The notes under the pieces are model-generated. The model was given only the letters and a program-made list of their open reading frames with translations, had not been told where the DNA came from and did no database searches. Made by a program: the position numbers and the translations under genes. Below, piece after piece: positions 27,201 to 40,909 of a DNA stretch of 64,000 bases (positions are counted from its first letter, which is position 1; each line of letters starts with the position of its first letter). The DNA is taken from positions 10,664,001 to 10,728,000 of the forward strand of contig OZ059895.1 in NCBI GenBank assembly GCA_964057225.1. Direction: 5' to 3'. Source of the stretch: Auanema rhodensis (Eukaryota > Animalia > Nematoda).

Positions 27201-30200
27201 TGATTTTTAATTTTATCTCTTCCGTAACAAATGTTTCCAATTTTCAAGCAGTTTTACTTAGATAGCTCAACCCAAGGCAGCAAATTATCTTTAATCTTAA
27301 TTCTATATTACAGTTATGAACCAGTAGTTAATGAACCTTCATGGCCCGGTTAGTAGTTGGATCGGAGACGGCTTTGGGAATCCCGGATGGCGTAAGCTTT
27401 TCAAATTTTTTTAACAATCATAACACGTTGAAAGTACGCCATGCAGCTGATTTTTAATTTTATCTCTTCCGTAACAAATGTTTCCAATTTTCAAGCAGTT
27501 TTACTTAGATAGCTCAAACCACGGCAGCAAATTATCTTCAATCTTATTTCTATATTACAGTTATGAACCAGTAGTTAATGAACCTTCATGGCCCGGTTAG
27601 TAGTTGGATCGGAGACGGCTTTGGGAATCCCGGATGGCGTAAGCTTTTCAAATTTTTTTAACAATCATAACACGTTGAAAATACGCCATGCAGCTGATTT
27701 TTAATTTTATCTGTTCCGTAACAAATGTTTTCAATTTTCAAGCAGTTTTACTTAGACAGCTCAACCCAAGGCAGCAAATTATCTTCAGTCTTATTTCTAT
27801 AATACAGTTATGAACCAGTTGTTCATGAACCTTCATGGCCCGGTTAGTAGTTGGATCGGAGACGGCTTGGGAATCCCGGATGGCGTAAACTTTTCAAATT
27901 TTTTTAACAATCATAACATGTTGAAAGTACGCCATGCAGCTGATTTTTAATTTTATCTCTTCCGTAACAAATGTTTCCAATTTTCAAGCAGTTTTACTTA
28001 GATAGCTCAACCCAAGGCAGCAAATTATCTTTAATCTTATTTCTATATTACAGTTATGAACCAGTAGTTAATGAACCTTCATGGCCCGGTTAGTAATTGG
28101 ATCGGAGACGGCTTGGGAATCCCGGGTGGCGTAAGCTTTTCAAATTTTTTTAACAATCATAACACGTTGAAAGTACGCCATTCAGCTGATTTTCAATTTT
28201 ATCTCTTCCGTAATAAATGTTTTCAATTTTCAAGCAGTTTTACTTAGATAGCAAAACCCAAGGCAGCAAATTATCTTTAATCTTGATTCTATATTACAGC
28301 TATGAACCAGTAGTTAATGAACCTCCATGGCCGGTTAGTAGTTGGATCGGAGACGGCTTGGGAATCCCGGGTGGCGTAAGCTTTTCAAATCTTTTCAACA
28401 ATCATAACACGTTAAAAGTACGCCATGCAGCTGATTTTTAATTTTGTCTCTTCCGTAACAAATTTATTCAATTTTCAAGCAGTTTTACTTAGACAGCTCA
28501 AACCACGGCAGCAAATTATCTTCAATCTTATTTCTATATTACAGTTATGAACCAGTAGTTAATGAACCTTCATGGCCCGGTTAGTAGTTGGTTCGGAGAC
28601 GGCTTTGGGAATCCCGGATGGCGTAAGCTTTTCAAATCTTTTCAACAATCATAACACGTTAAAAGTACGCCATGCAGCTGATTTTTAATTTTGTCTCTTC
28701 CGTAACAAATTTATTCAATTTCCAAGCAGTTTTACTTAGATAGCTCAAACCACGGCAGCAAATTATCTTCAATCTTATTTCTATATTACAGTTATGAACC
28801 AGTAGTTAATGAACCTTCATGGCCCGGTTAGTAGTTGGATCGGAGACGGCTTGGGAATCCCGGATGGCGTAAACTTTTCAAATTTTTTTAACAATCATAA
28901 CACGTTAAAAGTACGCCATGCAGCTGATTTTTAATTTTATCTCTTCCGTAACAAATGTTTCCAATTTTCAAGCAGTTTTACTTAGATAGCTCAAACCACG
29001 GCAGCAAATTATCTTCAATCTTATTTCTATATAACAGTTATGAACCAGTAGTTAATGAACTTTCATGGCCCGGTTAGTAGTTGGATCGGAGACGGCTTGG
29101 GAATCCCGGATGGCGTAAGCTTTTCAATTTTTTTTAACAATCATAACACGTTAAAAGTACGCCATGCAGCTGATTTTTAATTTTGTCTCTTCCGTAACAA
29201 ATTTATTCAATTTTCAAGCAGTTTTACTTAGATAGCTCAAACCACGGCAGCAAATTATCTTCAATCTTATTTCTATATAACAGTTATGAACCAGTAGTTA
29301 ATGAACTTTCATGGCCCGGTTAGTAGTTGGATCGGAGACGGCTTGGGAATCCCGGATGGCGTAAACTTTTCAAATTTTTTTAACAATCATAACACGTTGA
29401 AAGTACGCCATGCAGCTGATTTTTAATTTTATCTCTTCCGTAACAAATGTTTCCAATTTTCAAGCAGTTTTACTTAGATAGCTCAACCCAAGGCAGCAAA
29501 TTATCTTTAATCTTATTTCTATATTACAGTTATGAACCAGTAGTTAATGAACTTTCATGGCCCGGTTAGTAGTTGGATCGGAGACGGCTTGGGAATCCCG
29601 GGTGGTGTAAGTTTTTCAAATTTTTTTAACAATCATAACACGTTGAAAGTACGCCATGCAGCTGATTTTTAATTTTATCTCTTCCGTAACAAATGTTTCC
29701 AATTTTCAAGCAGTTTTACTTAGATAGCTCAAACCACGGCAGCAAATTATCTTCAATCTTATTTCTATATAACAGTTATGAACCAGTACTTAATGAACTT
29801 TCATGGCCCGGTTAGTAGTTGGATCGGAGACGGCTTGGGAATCCCGGATGGCGTAAGCTTTTCAGTTTTTTTTAACAATCATAACACGTTAAAAGTACGC
29901 CATGCAGCTGATTTTTAATTTTGTCTCTTCCGTAACAAATTTATTCAATTTTCAAGCAGTTTTACTTAGATAGCTCAAACCACGGCAGCAAATTATCTTC
30001 AATCTTATTTCTATATAACAGTTATGAACCACTAGTTAATGAACTTTCATGGCCCGGTTAGTAGTTGGATCGGAGACGGCTTGGGAATCCCGGATGGCGT
30101 AAACTTTTCAAATTTTTTTAACAATCATAACACGTTGAAAATACGCCATGCAGCTGATTTTTAATTTTATCTGTTCCGTAACAAATGTTTTCAATTTTCA

Positions 30201-33200
30201 AGCAGTTTTACTTAGACAGCTCAACCCAAGGCAGCAAATTATCTTTAATCTTATTTCTATATTACAGTTATGAACCAGTAGTTAATGAACTTTCATGGCC
30301 CGGTTAGTAGTTGGATCGGAGACGGCTTGGGAATCCCGGATGGCGTAAACTTTTCAAATTTTTTTAACAATCATAACACGTTGAAAGTACGCCATGCAGC
30401 TGATTTTTAATTTTATCTCTTCCGTAACAAATGTTTCCAATTTTCAAGCAGTTTTACTTAGATAGCTCAAACCACGGCAGCAAATTATCTTCAATCTTAT
30501 TTCTATATTACAGTTATGAACCAGTAGTTAATGAACCTTCATGGCCCGGTTAGTAGTTGGATCGGAGACGGCTTTGGGAATCCCGGATGGCGTAAGCTTT
30601 TCAAATTTTTTTAACAATCATAACACGTTGAAAGTACGCCATTCAGCTGATTTTCAATTTTATCTCTTGCGTAATAAATGTTTTCAATTTTCAAGCAGTT
30701 TTACTTAGATAGCAAAACCCAAGGCAGCAAATTATCTTTAATCTTGATTCTATATTACAGCTATGAACCAGTAGTTAATGAACCTCCATGGCCGGTTAGT
30801 AGTTGGATCGGAGACGGCTTGGGAATCCCGGGTGGCGTAAGCTTTTCAAATCTTTTCAATAATCATAACACGTTAAAAGTACGCCATGCAGCTGATTTTT
30901 AATTTTGTCTCTTCCGTAACAAATTTATTCAATTTTCAAGCAGTTTTACTTAGACAGCTCAAACCACGGCAGCAAATTATCTTCAATCTTATTTCTATAT
31001 TACAGTTATGAACCAGTAGTTAATGAACCTTCATGGCCCGGTTAGTAGTTGGATCGGAGACGGCTTTGGGAATCCCGGATGGCGTAAGCTTTTCAAATCT
31101 TTTCAACAATCATAACACGTTAAAAGTACGCCATGCAGCTGATTTTTAATTTTGTCTCTTCCGTAACAAATTTATTCAATTTTCAAGCAGTTTTACTTAG
31201 ATAGCTCAAACCACGGCAGCAAATTATCTTCAATCTTATTTCTATATTACAGTTATGAACCAGTAGTTAATGAACCTTCATGGCCCGGTTAGTAGTTGGA
31301 TCGGAGACGGCTTGGGAATCCCGGATGGCGTAAACTTTTCAAATTTTTTTAACAATCATAACACGTTGAAAGTACGCCATGCAGCTGATTTTTAATTTTA
31401 TCTCTTCCGTAACAAATGTTTCCAATTTTCAAGCAGTTTTACTTAGATAGCTCAACCCAAGGCAGCAAATTATCTTCAATCTTATTTCTATATAACAGTT
31501 ATGAACCACTAGTTAATGAACTTTCATGGCCCGGTTAGTAGTTGGATCGGAGACGGCTTGGGAATCCCGGATGGCGTAAACTTTTCAAATTTTTTTAACA
31601 ATCATAACACGTTGAAAATACGCCATGCAGCTGATTTTTAATTTTATCTGTTCCGTAACAAATGTTTTCAATTTTCAAGCAGTTTTACTTAGACAGCTCA
31701 ACCCAAGGCAGCAAATTATCTTTAATCTTATTTCTATATTACAGTTATGAACCAGTAGTTAATGAACTTTCATGGCCCGGTTAGTAGTTGGATCGGAGAC
31801 GGCTTGGGAATCCCGGGTGGTGTAAGCTTTTCAAATTTTTTTAACAATCATAACACGTTGAAAGTACGCCATGCAGCTGATTTTTAATTTTATCTCTTCC
31901 GTAACAAATGTTTCCAATTTTCAAGCAGTTTTACTAAGATAGCAAAACCCAAGGCAGCAAATTATCTTTAATCTTGATTCTATATTACAGCTATGAACCA
32001 GTAGTTAATGAACCTCCATGGCCGGTTAGTAGTTGGTTCGCAGACGGCTTGGGAATCCCGGGTGGCGTAAGCTTTTCAAATTTTTTTAACAATCATAACA
32101 CGTTGAAAGTACGCCATGCAGCTGATTTTTAATTTTGTCTCTTCCGTAACAAATTTATTCAATTTTCAAGCAGTTTTACTTAGATAGCTCAAACCACGGC
32201 AGCAAATTATCTTCAATCTTATTTCTATATTACAGTTATGAACCAGTAGTTAATGAACCTTCATGGCCCGGTTAGTAGTTGGATCGGAGACGGCTTGGGA
32301 ATCCCGGATGGCGTAAACTTTTCAAATTTTTTTAACAATCATAACACGTTGAAAATACGCCATGCAGCTGATTTTTAATTTTATCTGTTCCGTAACAAAT
32401 GTTTTCAATTTTCAAGCAGTTTTACTTAGACAGCTCAACCCAAGGCAGCAAATTATCTTTAATCTTATTTCTATATTACAGTTATGAACCAGTAGTTAAT
32501 GAACTTTCATGGCCCGGTTAGTAGTTGGATCGGAGACGGCTTGGGAATCCCGGGTGGCGTAAGCTTTTCAAATTTTTTTAACAATCATAACACGTTGAAA
32601 GTACGCCATGCAGCTGATTTTTAATTTTGTCTCTTCCGTAACAAATTTATTCAATTTTCAAGCAGTTTTACTTAGATAGCTCAAACCACGGCAGCAAATT
32701 ATCTTCAATCTTATTTCTATATTACAGTTATGAACCAGTAGTTAATGAACCTTCATGGCCCGGTTAGTAGTTGGATCGGAGACGGCTTGGGAATCCCGGA
32801 TGGCGTAAACTTTTCAAATTTTTTTAACAATCATAACACGTTGAAAGTACGCCATGCAGCTGATTTTTAATTTTATCTCTTCCGTAACAAATGTTTCCAA
32901 TTTTCAAGCAGTTTTACTTAGATAGCTCAAACCACGGCAGCAAATTATCTTCAATCTTATTTCTATATTACAGTTATGAACCAGTAGTTAATGAACCTTC
33001 ATGGCCCGGTTAGTAGTTGGATCGGAGACGGCTTTGGGAATCCCGGATGGCGTAAGCTTTTCAAATTTTTTTAACAATCATAACACGTTGAAAGTACGCC
33101 ATTCAGCTGATTTTCAATTTTATCTCTTGCGTAATAAATGTTTTCAATTTTCAAGCAGTTTTACTTAGATAGCAAAACCCAAGGCAGCAAATTATCTTTA

Positions 33201-36200
33201 ATCTTGATTCTATATTACAGCTATGAACCAGTAGTTAATGAACCTCCATGGCCGGTTAGTAGTTGGATCGGAGACGGCTTGGGAATCCCGGATGGCGTAA
33301 ACTTTTCAAATTTTTTTAACAATCATAACACGTTGAAAATACGCCATGCAGCTGATTTTTAATTTTATCTGTTCCGTAACAAATGTTTTCAATTTTCAAG
33401 CAGTTTTACTTAGACAGCTCAACCCAAGGCAGCAAATTATCTTTAATCTTATTTCTATATTACAGTTATGAACCAGTAGTTAATGAACCTTCATGGCCCG
33501 GTTAGTAGTTGGATCGGAGACGGCTTTGGGAATCCCGGATGGCGTAAGCTTTTCAAATCTTTTCAACAATCATAACACGTTAAAAGTACGCCATGCAGCT
33601 GATTTTTAATTTTGTCTCTTCCGTAACAAATTTATTCAATTTTCAAGCAGTTTTACTTAGATAGCTCAAACCACGGCAGCAAATTATCTTCAATCTTATT
33701 TCTATATTACAGTTATGAACCAGTAGTTAATGAACCTTCATGGCCCGGTTAGTAGTTGGATCGGAGACGGCTTGGGAATCCCGGATGGCGTAAACTTTTC
33801 AAATTTTTTTAACAATCATAACACGTTGAAAGTACGCCATGCAGCTGATTTTTAATTTTATCTCTTCCGTAACAAATGTTTCCAATTTTCAAGCAGTTTT
33901 ACTTAGATAGCTCAACCCAAGGCAGCAAATTATCTTTAATCTTATTTCTATATTACAGTTATGAACCAGTAGTTAATGAACCTTCATGGCCCGGTTAGTA
34001 GTTGGATCGGAGACGGCTTTAGGAATCCCGGATGGCGTAAGCTTTTCAAATTTTTTTAACAATCATAACACGTTGAAAGTACGCCATGCAGCTGATTTTT
34101 AATTTTATCTCTTCCGTAACAAATTTATTCAATTTTCAAGCAGTTTTACTTAGATAGCTCAAACCACGGCAGCAAATTATCTTCAATCTTATTTCTATAT
34201 TACAGTTATGAACCAGTAGTTAATGAACCTTCATGGCCCGGTTAGTAGTTGGATCGGAGACGGCTTTAGGAATCCCGGATGGCGTAAGCTTTTCAAATTT
34301 TTTTAACAATCATAACACGTTGAAAGTACGCCATGCAGCTGATTTTTAATTTTATCTCTTCCGTAACAAATTTATTCAATTTTCAAGCAGTTTTACTTAG
34401 ATAGCTCAAACCACGGCAGCAAATTATCTTCAATCTTATTTCTATATTACAGTTATGAACCAGTAGTTAATGAACCTTCATGGCCCGGTTAGTAGTTGGA
34501 TCGGAGACGGCTTGGGAATCCCGGATGGCGTAAACTTTTCAAATTTTTTTAACAATCATAACACGTTGAAAGTACGCCATGCAGCTGATTTTTAATTTTA
34601 TCTCTTCCGTAACAAATTTATTCAATTTTCAAGCAGTTTTACTTAGATAGCTCAACTCAAGGCAGCAAATTATCTTTAATCTTATTTCTATATTACAGTT
34701 ATGAACCAGTAGTTAATGAACCTTCATGGCCCGGTTAGTAGTTGGATCGGAGACGGCTTGGGAATCCCGGGTGGTGTAAGCTTTTCAAATTTTTTTAACA
34801 ATCATAACACGTTGAAAGTACGCCATGCAGCTGATTTTTAATTTTATCTCTTCCGTAATAAATGTTTTCATTTTTCAAGCAGTCTTACTTAGATAGCAAA
34901 ACCCAAGGCAGCAATATATCTTTAATCTTGATTCTATATTACAGCTATGAACCAGTAGTTAATGAACCTCCATGGCCGGTTAGTAGTTGGATCGCAGACG
35001 GCTTGGGAATCCCGGGTGGCGTAAGCTTTTCAAATTTTTTTAACAATCATAACACGTTAAAAGTACGCCATGCAGCTGATTTTTAATTTTGTCTCTTCCG
35101 TAACAAATTTATTCAATTTTCAAGCAGTTTTACTTAGACAGCTCAAACCACGGCAGCAAATTATCTTCAATCTTATTTCTATATTACAGTTATGAACCAG
35201 TAGTTAATGAACCTTCATGGCCCGGTTAGTAGTTGGATCGGAGACGGCTTTGGGAATCCCGGATGGCGTAAGCTTTTCAAATCTTTTCAACAATCATAAC
35301 ACGTTAAAAGTGCGCCATGCAGCTGATTTTCAATTTTATCTCTTCCGTAATAAATGTTTTCAATTTTCAAGCAGTCTTACTTAGATAGCAAAACCCAAGG
35401 CAGCAAATTATCTTTAATCTTGATTCTATATTACAACTATGAACCAGTAGTTAATGAACCTCCATGGCCGGTTAGTAGTTGGATCGGAGACGGCTTTGGG
35501 AATCCCGGATGGCGTAAGCTTTTCAAATCTTTTCAACAATCATAACACGTTAAAAGTACGCCATGCAGCTGATTTTTAATTTTGTCTCTTCCGTAACAAA
35601 TTTATTCAATTTTCGAGCAGTTTTACTTAGATAGCTCAAACCACGGCAGCAAATTATCTTCAATCTTATTTCTATATTACAGCTATGAACCAGTAGTTAA
35701 TGAACCTCCATGGCCGGTTAGTAGTTGGATCGGAGACGGCTTGGGAATCCCGGGTGGCGTAAGCTTTTCAAATCTTTTCAATAATCATAACACGTTAAAA
35801 GTACGCCATGCAGCTGATTTTTAATTTTGTCTCTTCCGTAACAAATTTATTCAATTTTCAAGCAGTTTTACTTAGACAGCTCAAACCACGGCAGCAAATT
35901 ATCTTCAATCTTATTTCTATATTACAGTTATGAACCAGTAGTTAATGAACCTTCATGGCCCGGTTAGTAGTTGGATCGGAGACGGCTTTGGGAATCCCGG
36001 ATGGCGTAAGCTTTTCAAATCTTTTCAACAATCATAACACGTTAAAAGTACGCCATGCAGCTGATTTTTAATTTTGTCTCTTCCGTAACAAATTTATTCA
36101 ATTTTCAAGCAGTTTTACTTAGATAGCTCAAACCACGGCAGCAAATTATCTTCAATCTTATTTCTATATTACAGTTATGAACCAGTAGTTAATGAACCTT

Positions 36201-39200
36201 CATGGCCCGGTTAGTAGTTGGATCGGAGACGGCTTGGGAATCCCGGATGGCGTAAACTTTTCAAATTTTTTTAACAATCATAACACGTTGAAAGTACGCC
36301 ATGCAGCTGATTTTTAATTTTATCTCTTCCGTAACAAATGTTTCCAATTTTCAAGCAGTTTTACTTAGATAGCTCAACCCAAGGCAGCAAATTATCTTTA
36401 ATCTTATTTCTATATTACAGTTATGAACCAGTAGTTAATGAACCTTCATGGCCCGGTTAGTAGTTGGATCGGAGACGGCTTGGGAATCCCGGGTGGCGTA
36501 AGCTTTTCAAATTTTTTTAACAATCATAACACGTTAAAAGTACGCCATGCAGCTGATTTTTAATTTTGTCTCTTCCGTAACAAATTTATTCAATTTTCAA
36601 GCAGTTTTACTTAGATAGCTCAAACCACGGCAGCAAATTATCTTCAATCTTATTTCTATATTACAGTTATGAACCAGTAGTTAATGAACCTTCATGGCCC
36701 GGTTAGTAGTTGGATCGGAGACGGCTTGGGAATCCCGGATGGCGTAAACTTTTCAAATTTTTTTAACAATCATAACACGTTGAAAGTACGCCATGCAGCT
36801 GATTTTTAATTTTATCTCTTCCGTAACAAATGTTTCCAATTTTCAAGCAGTTTTACTTAGATAGCTCAACTCAAGGCAGCAAATTATCTTTAATCTTATT
36901 TCTATATTACAGTTATGAACCAGTAGTTAATGAACCTTCATGGCCCGGTTAGTAGTTGGATCGGAGACGGCTTGGGAATCCCGGGTGGTGTAAGCTTTTC
37001 AAATTTTTTTAACAATCATAACACGTTGAAAGTACGCCATGCAGCTGATTTTTAATTTTATCTCTTCCGTAATAAATGTTTTCATTTTTCAAGCAGTCTT
37101 ACTTAGATAGCAAAACCCAAGGCAGCAATATATCTTTAATCTTGATTCTATATTACAGCTATGAACCAGTAGTTAATGAACCTCCATGGCCGGTTAGTAG
37201 TTGGATCGCAGACGGCTTGGGAATCCCGGGTGGCGTAAGCTTTTCAAATTTTTTTAACAATCATAACACGTTAAAAGTACGCCATGCAGCTGATTTTTAA
37301 TTTTGTCTCTTCCGTAACAAATTTATTCAATTTTCAAGCAGTTTTACTTAGACAGCTCAAACCACGGCAGCAAATTATCTTCAATCTTATTTCTATATTA
37401 CAGTTATGAACCAGTAGTTAATGAACCTTCATGGCCCGGTTAGTAGTTGGATCGGAGACGGCTTTGGGAATCCCGGATGGCGTAAGCTTTTCAAATCTTT
37501 TCAACAATCATAACACGTTAAAAGTACGCCATGCAGCTGATTTTTAATTTTGTCTCTTCCGTAACAAATTTATTCAATTTTCAAGCAGTTTTACTTAGAT
37601 AGCTCAAACCACGGCAGCAAATTATCTTCAATCTTATTTCTATATTACAGTTATGAACGAGTAGTTAATGAACCTTCATGGCCCGGTTAGTAGTTGGATC
37701 GGAGACGGCTTGAGAATCCCGGGTGGCGTATGCTTTTCAAATTTTTTTAACAATCATAACACGTTAAAAGTGCGCCATGCAGCTGATTTTCAATTTTATC
37801 TCTTCCGTAATAAATGTTTTCAATTTTCAAGCAGTCTTACTTAGATAGCAAAACCCAAGGCAGCAAATTATCTTTAATCTTGATTCTATATTACAACTAT
37901 GAACCAGTAGGTAATGAACCTCCATGGCCGGTTAGTAGTTGGATCGGAGACGGCTGGGGAATCCCGGGTGGCGTAAGCTTTTCAAATTTTTTAACAATCA
38001 TAAGACGTTGAAAATACGCCATGTAGCTGATTTTTAATTTTATCTCTTCCGTAACAAATGTTTCCAATTTTCAAGCAGTTTTACTTAGATAGCTCAACCC
38101 AAGGCAGCAAATTATCTTTAGTCTTATTTCTATATTACAGTTATGAACCAGTAGTTAATGAACCTCCATGGCCGGTTAGTAGTTGGATCGGAGACGGCTT
38201 TGGGAATCCCGGATGGCGTAAGCTTTTCAAATCTTTTCAACAATCATAACACGTTAAAAGTACGCCATGCAGCTGATTTTTAATTTTGTCTCTTCCGTAA
38301 CAAATTTATTCAATTTTCGAGCAGTTTTACTTAGATAGCTCAAACCACGGCAGCAAATTATCTTCAATCTTATTTCTATATTACAGTTATGAACCAGTAG
38401 TTAATGAACCTTCATGGCCCGGTTAGTAGTTGGATCGGAGACGGCTTGAGAATCCCGGGTGGCGTATGCTTTTCAAATTTTTTTAACAATCATAACACGT
38501 TAAAAGTGCGCCATGCAGCTGATTTTCAATTTTATCTCTTCCGTAATAAATGTTTTCAATTTTCAAGCAGTCTTACTTAGATAGCAAAACCCAAGGCAGC
38601 AAATTATCTTTAATCTTGATTCTATATTACAACTATGAACCAGTAGGTAATGAACCTCCATGGCCGGTTAGTAGTTGGATCGGAGACGGCTGGGGAATCC
38701 CGGGTGGCGTAAGCTTTTCAAATTTTTTAACAATCATAACACGTTGAAAATACGCCATGTAGCTGATTTTTAATTTTATCTCTTCCGTAACAAATGTTTC
38801 CAATTTTCAAGCAGTTTTACTTAGATAGCTCAACCCAAGGCAGCAAATTATCTTTAGTCTTATTTCTATATTACAGTTATGAACCAGTAGTTAATGAACC
38901 TCCATGGCCGGTTAGTAGTTGGATCGGAGACGGCTTTGGGAATCCCGGATGGCGTAAGCTTTTCAAATCTTTTCAACAATCATAACACGTTAAAAGTACG
39001 CCATGCAGCTGATTTTTAATTTTGTCTCTTCCGTAACAAATTTATTCAATTTTCGAGCAGTTTTACTTAGATAGCTCAAACCACGGCAGCAAATTATCTT
39101 CAATCTTATTTCTATATTACAGTTATGAACCAGTAGTTAATGAACCTTCATGGCCCGGTTAGTAGTTGGATCGGAGACGGCTTGAGAATCCCGGGTGGCG

Positions 39201-39285
39201 TATGCTTTTCAAATTTTTTTAACAATCATAACACGTTAAAAGTGCGCCATGCAGCTGATTTTCCATTTTATCTCTTCCGTAATAA

Positions 39286-40422
39286 ATGTTTTCAATTTTC
39301 AAGCAGTCTTACTTAGATAGCAAAACCCAAGGCAGCAAATTATTTTTAATCTTGATTCTATATTACAACTATCTAATTGATCACTCGGTTCTTTTCCACA
39401 AATTTAAAACCATTGGTATCTGCGGTTCTCTTCAAACTTTTCTCAAAAACTTCATCACTGGCAGATCTTACTCAGTTCTTGTCAATGGTTCTCTTTCTAC
39501 TTCTGTAAACTTATCTTGTGGTGTCCCACAAGGCACTGTTCTCGGTCCTCTTCTATTCCTTTTCTACATTAATGACATTACGTCTTCTCTCCCTGAAGAC
39601 GTTCATCCTACACTTTTTGCCGATGATCTCAAACTATACAGTACTAATCCGGTAAGTCTACAGATTGCCTTAAACACAATCAACGCCTGGTGCAAAAATA
39701 ATGGAATGATGGTCAACACCACCAAATCCAAAATTATGATTGTGTGCAATAATAGCTCAACCCTCAACCCCACCAAGCCATTTACCTTTGGTGAGTTTCC
39801 TTTAGACTTTGTACCTCATTATAAAGACCTTGGAGTCTTAACTGATAACAATCTAACATTTGATTGTCACATAAACGCCATCTCTTGCGCCGGAGCTCTC
39901 AAATGTCGCATCCTGCTACGTTGCTTCTACTCTAGATCACCTTCATTTATGTTCAACCTTTTTTGCAGCTACGTTCGACCAATCCTTGAATATGCATCCG
40001 TGATATGGTCTCCCCAAGTATCTAAAAAAATATCTCGTATTGAGATGGTTCAAAAAAAATTCTTGCGAGCAGTCTTCTCAAGAGCAGGAATTTTTTCCGA
40101 CTACAAAAGTCAGCTCACTTTTTTGAATGCTCAAGAACTATCAACCAGGAGACAGGTAACTGATCTAGGTTTCTATTTCTCTCAAATTAAAGACGTATCA
40201 ACGGACAGTATTTTAAGAATTTTTCAAATTAAACATTTCACCCACTCTCTTCGCAGACACCAATGGAATATCGACTATCCCGAGCTTCGGAAAAAGGCGA
40301 CAAGAAATGGTATTGAGTACAGAAGCATCAAAACATGGAACGATCTACCTGAAAACCTTATCAACCTTACTAATGTTCATAATTTTAAAAAACACCTACT
40401 CTCTGCTCCAATTGATTTGTAA
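39286..40422 (+). CDS. Chimeric ORF: 29 satellite-derived codons fused in frame to the C-terminal 349 aa of a LINE ORF2 reverse transcriptase (partial)
   Basis: MFSIFKQ...YYNY from satellite then LIDHSVL...; contains PQG and FADD motifs but lacks the endonuclease and the DxxKAFD motif. Confidence 0.8.
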   Translation: MFSIFKQSYLDSKTQGSKLFLILILYYNYLIDHSVLFHKFKTIGICGSLQTFLKNFITGRSYSVLVNGSLSTSVNLSCGVPQGTVLGPLLFLFYINDITSSLPEDVHPTLFADDLKLYSTNPVSLQIALNTINAWCKNNGMMVNTTKSKIMIVCNNSSTLNPTKPFTFGEFPLDFVPHYKDLGVLTDNNLTFDCHINAISCAGALKCRILLRCFYSRSPSFMFNLFCSYVRPILEYASVIWSPQVSKKISRIEMVQKKFLRAVFSRAGIFSDYKSQLTFLNAQELSTRRQVTDLGFYFSQIKDVSTDSILRIFQIKHFTHSLRRHQWNIDYPELRKKATRNGIEYRSIKTWNDLPENLINLTNVHNFKKHLLSAPIDL

Positions 40423-40909
40423 ACCATCCATTGTAATTAATGTTCTCACCTCTCGAAAAACTATTTTTTTTTCTTTTATCAGGCTCCTTTTTATTTGTAG
40501 TTCGTATTTTTTCACACTTCTCTATGACCACATGGCAACAGTCTACCATCTATTTTTCTTTGTCCCTTCTCAATAATTGTTACTTCGTCACTATTCCTAT
40601 AGACATTAGTCATACGGATCGGACGCTAGTTACCTCCAAATTGCTAGAACGGGCTTGCCTCACATCACGAGTACCACCGTACCTAACAACCACATTAGTG
40701 AGGTCAGCCATTGTGCTGAACAAACCCCAAGCATACAGCAAGAATTTTATTTGGCAGACTGTTCACTATTGATCATAGATAAGCGAGCTCTTATCGCACT
40801 TACAATATTAAAAGTCCTTTTTTATGTTCTTATTGAATGGTTCTTGATTTTTTCACTCCATGACTTAACAGCTACTGTCTTAACCTGTGATATTGAACAA
40901 TAAACATTA
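39373..40909 (+). mobile_element. 5'-truncated non-LTR retrotransposon (CR1-like LINE), copy 1, 1537 bp
   Basis: RT motifs GVPQGTVLGPLLFLFYIND, LFADDLKLY, YKDLGV; CR1/L2-type C-terminal motifs YVRPILEYASVIWSP, IEMVQKK, WNDLPE; 487-bp 3' UTR with AATAAA at 40899-40904; flanked by AACTAT at 39367-39372 and 40910-40915. Confidence 0.95.

Noticed and set aside
2996-39372. CRISPR-like repeat/spacer array
   Set aside because: The whole monomer repeats; no unique spacers, no cas genes, eukaryotic context.
39752-39763. ATAGCTCAACCC shared by LINE and satellite; also GGATCGGA in the LINE 3' UTR
   Set aside because: 12- and 8-bp matches not at junctions; compatible with chance.
40307-40903. Short overlapping ORFs at the LINE 3' end (and equivalents in copies 2-4)
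   Set aside because: Alternative frames and 3' UTR sequence with no recognisable motifs.
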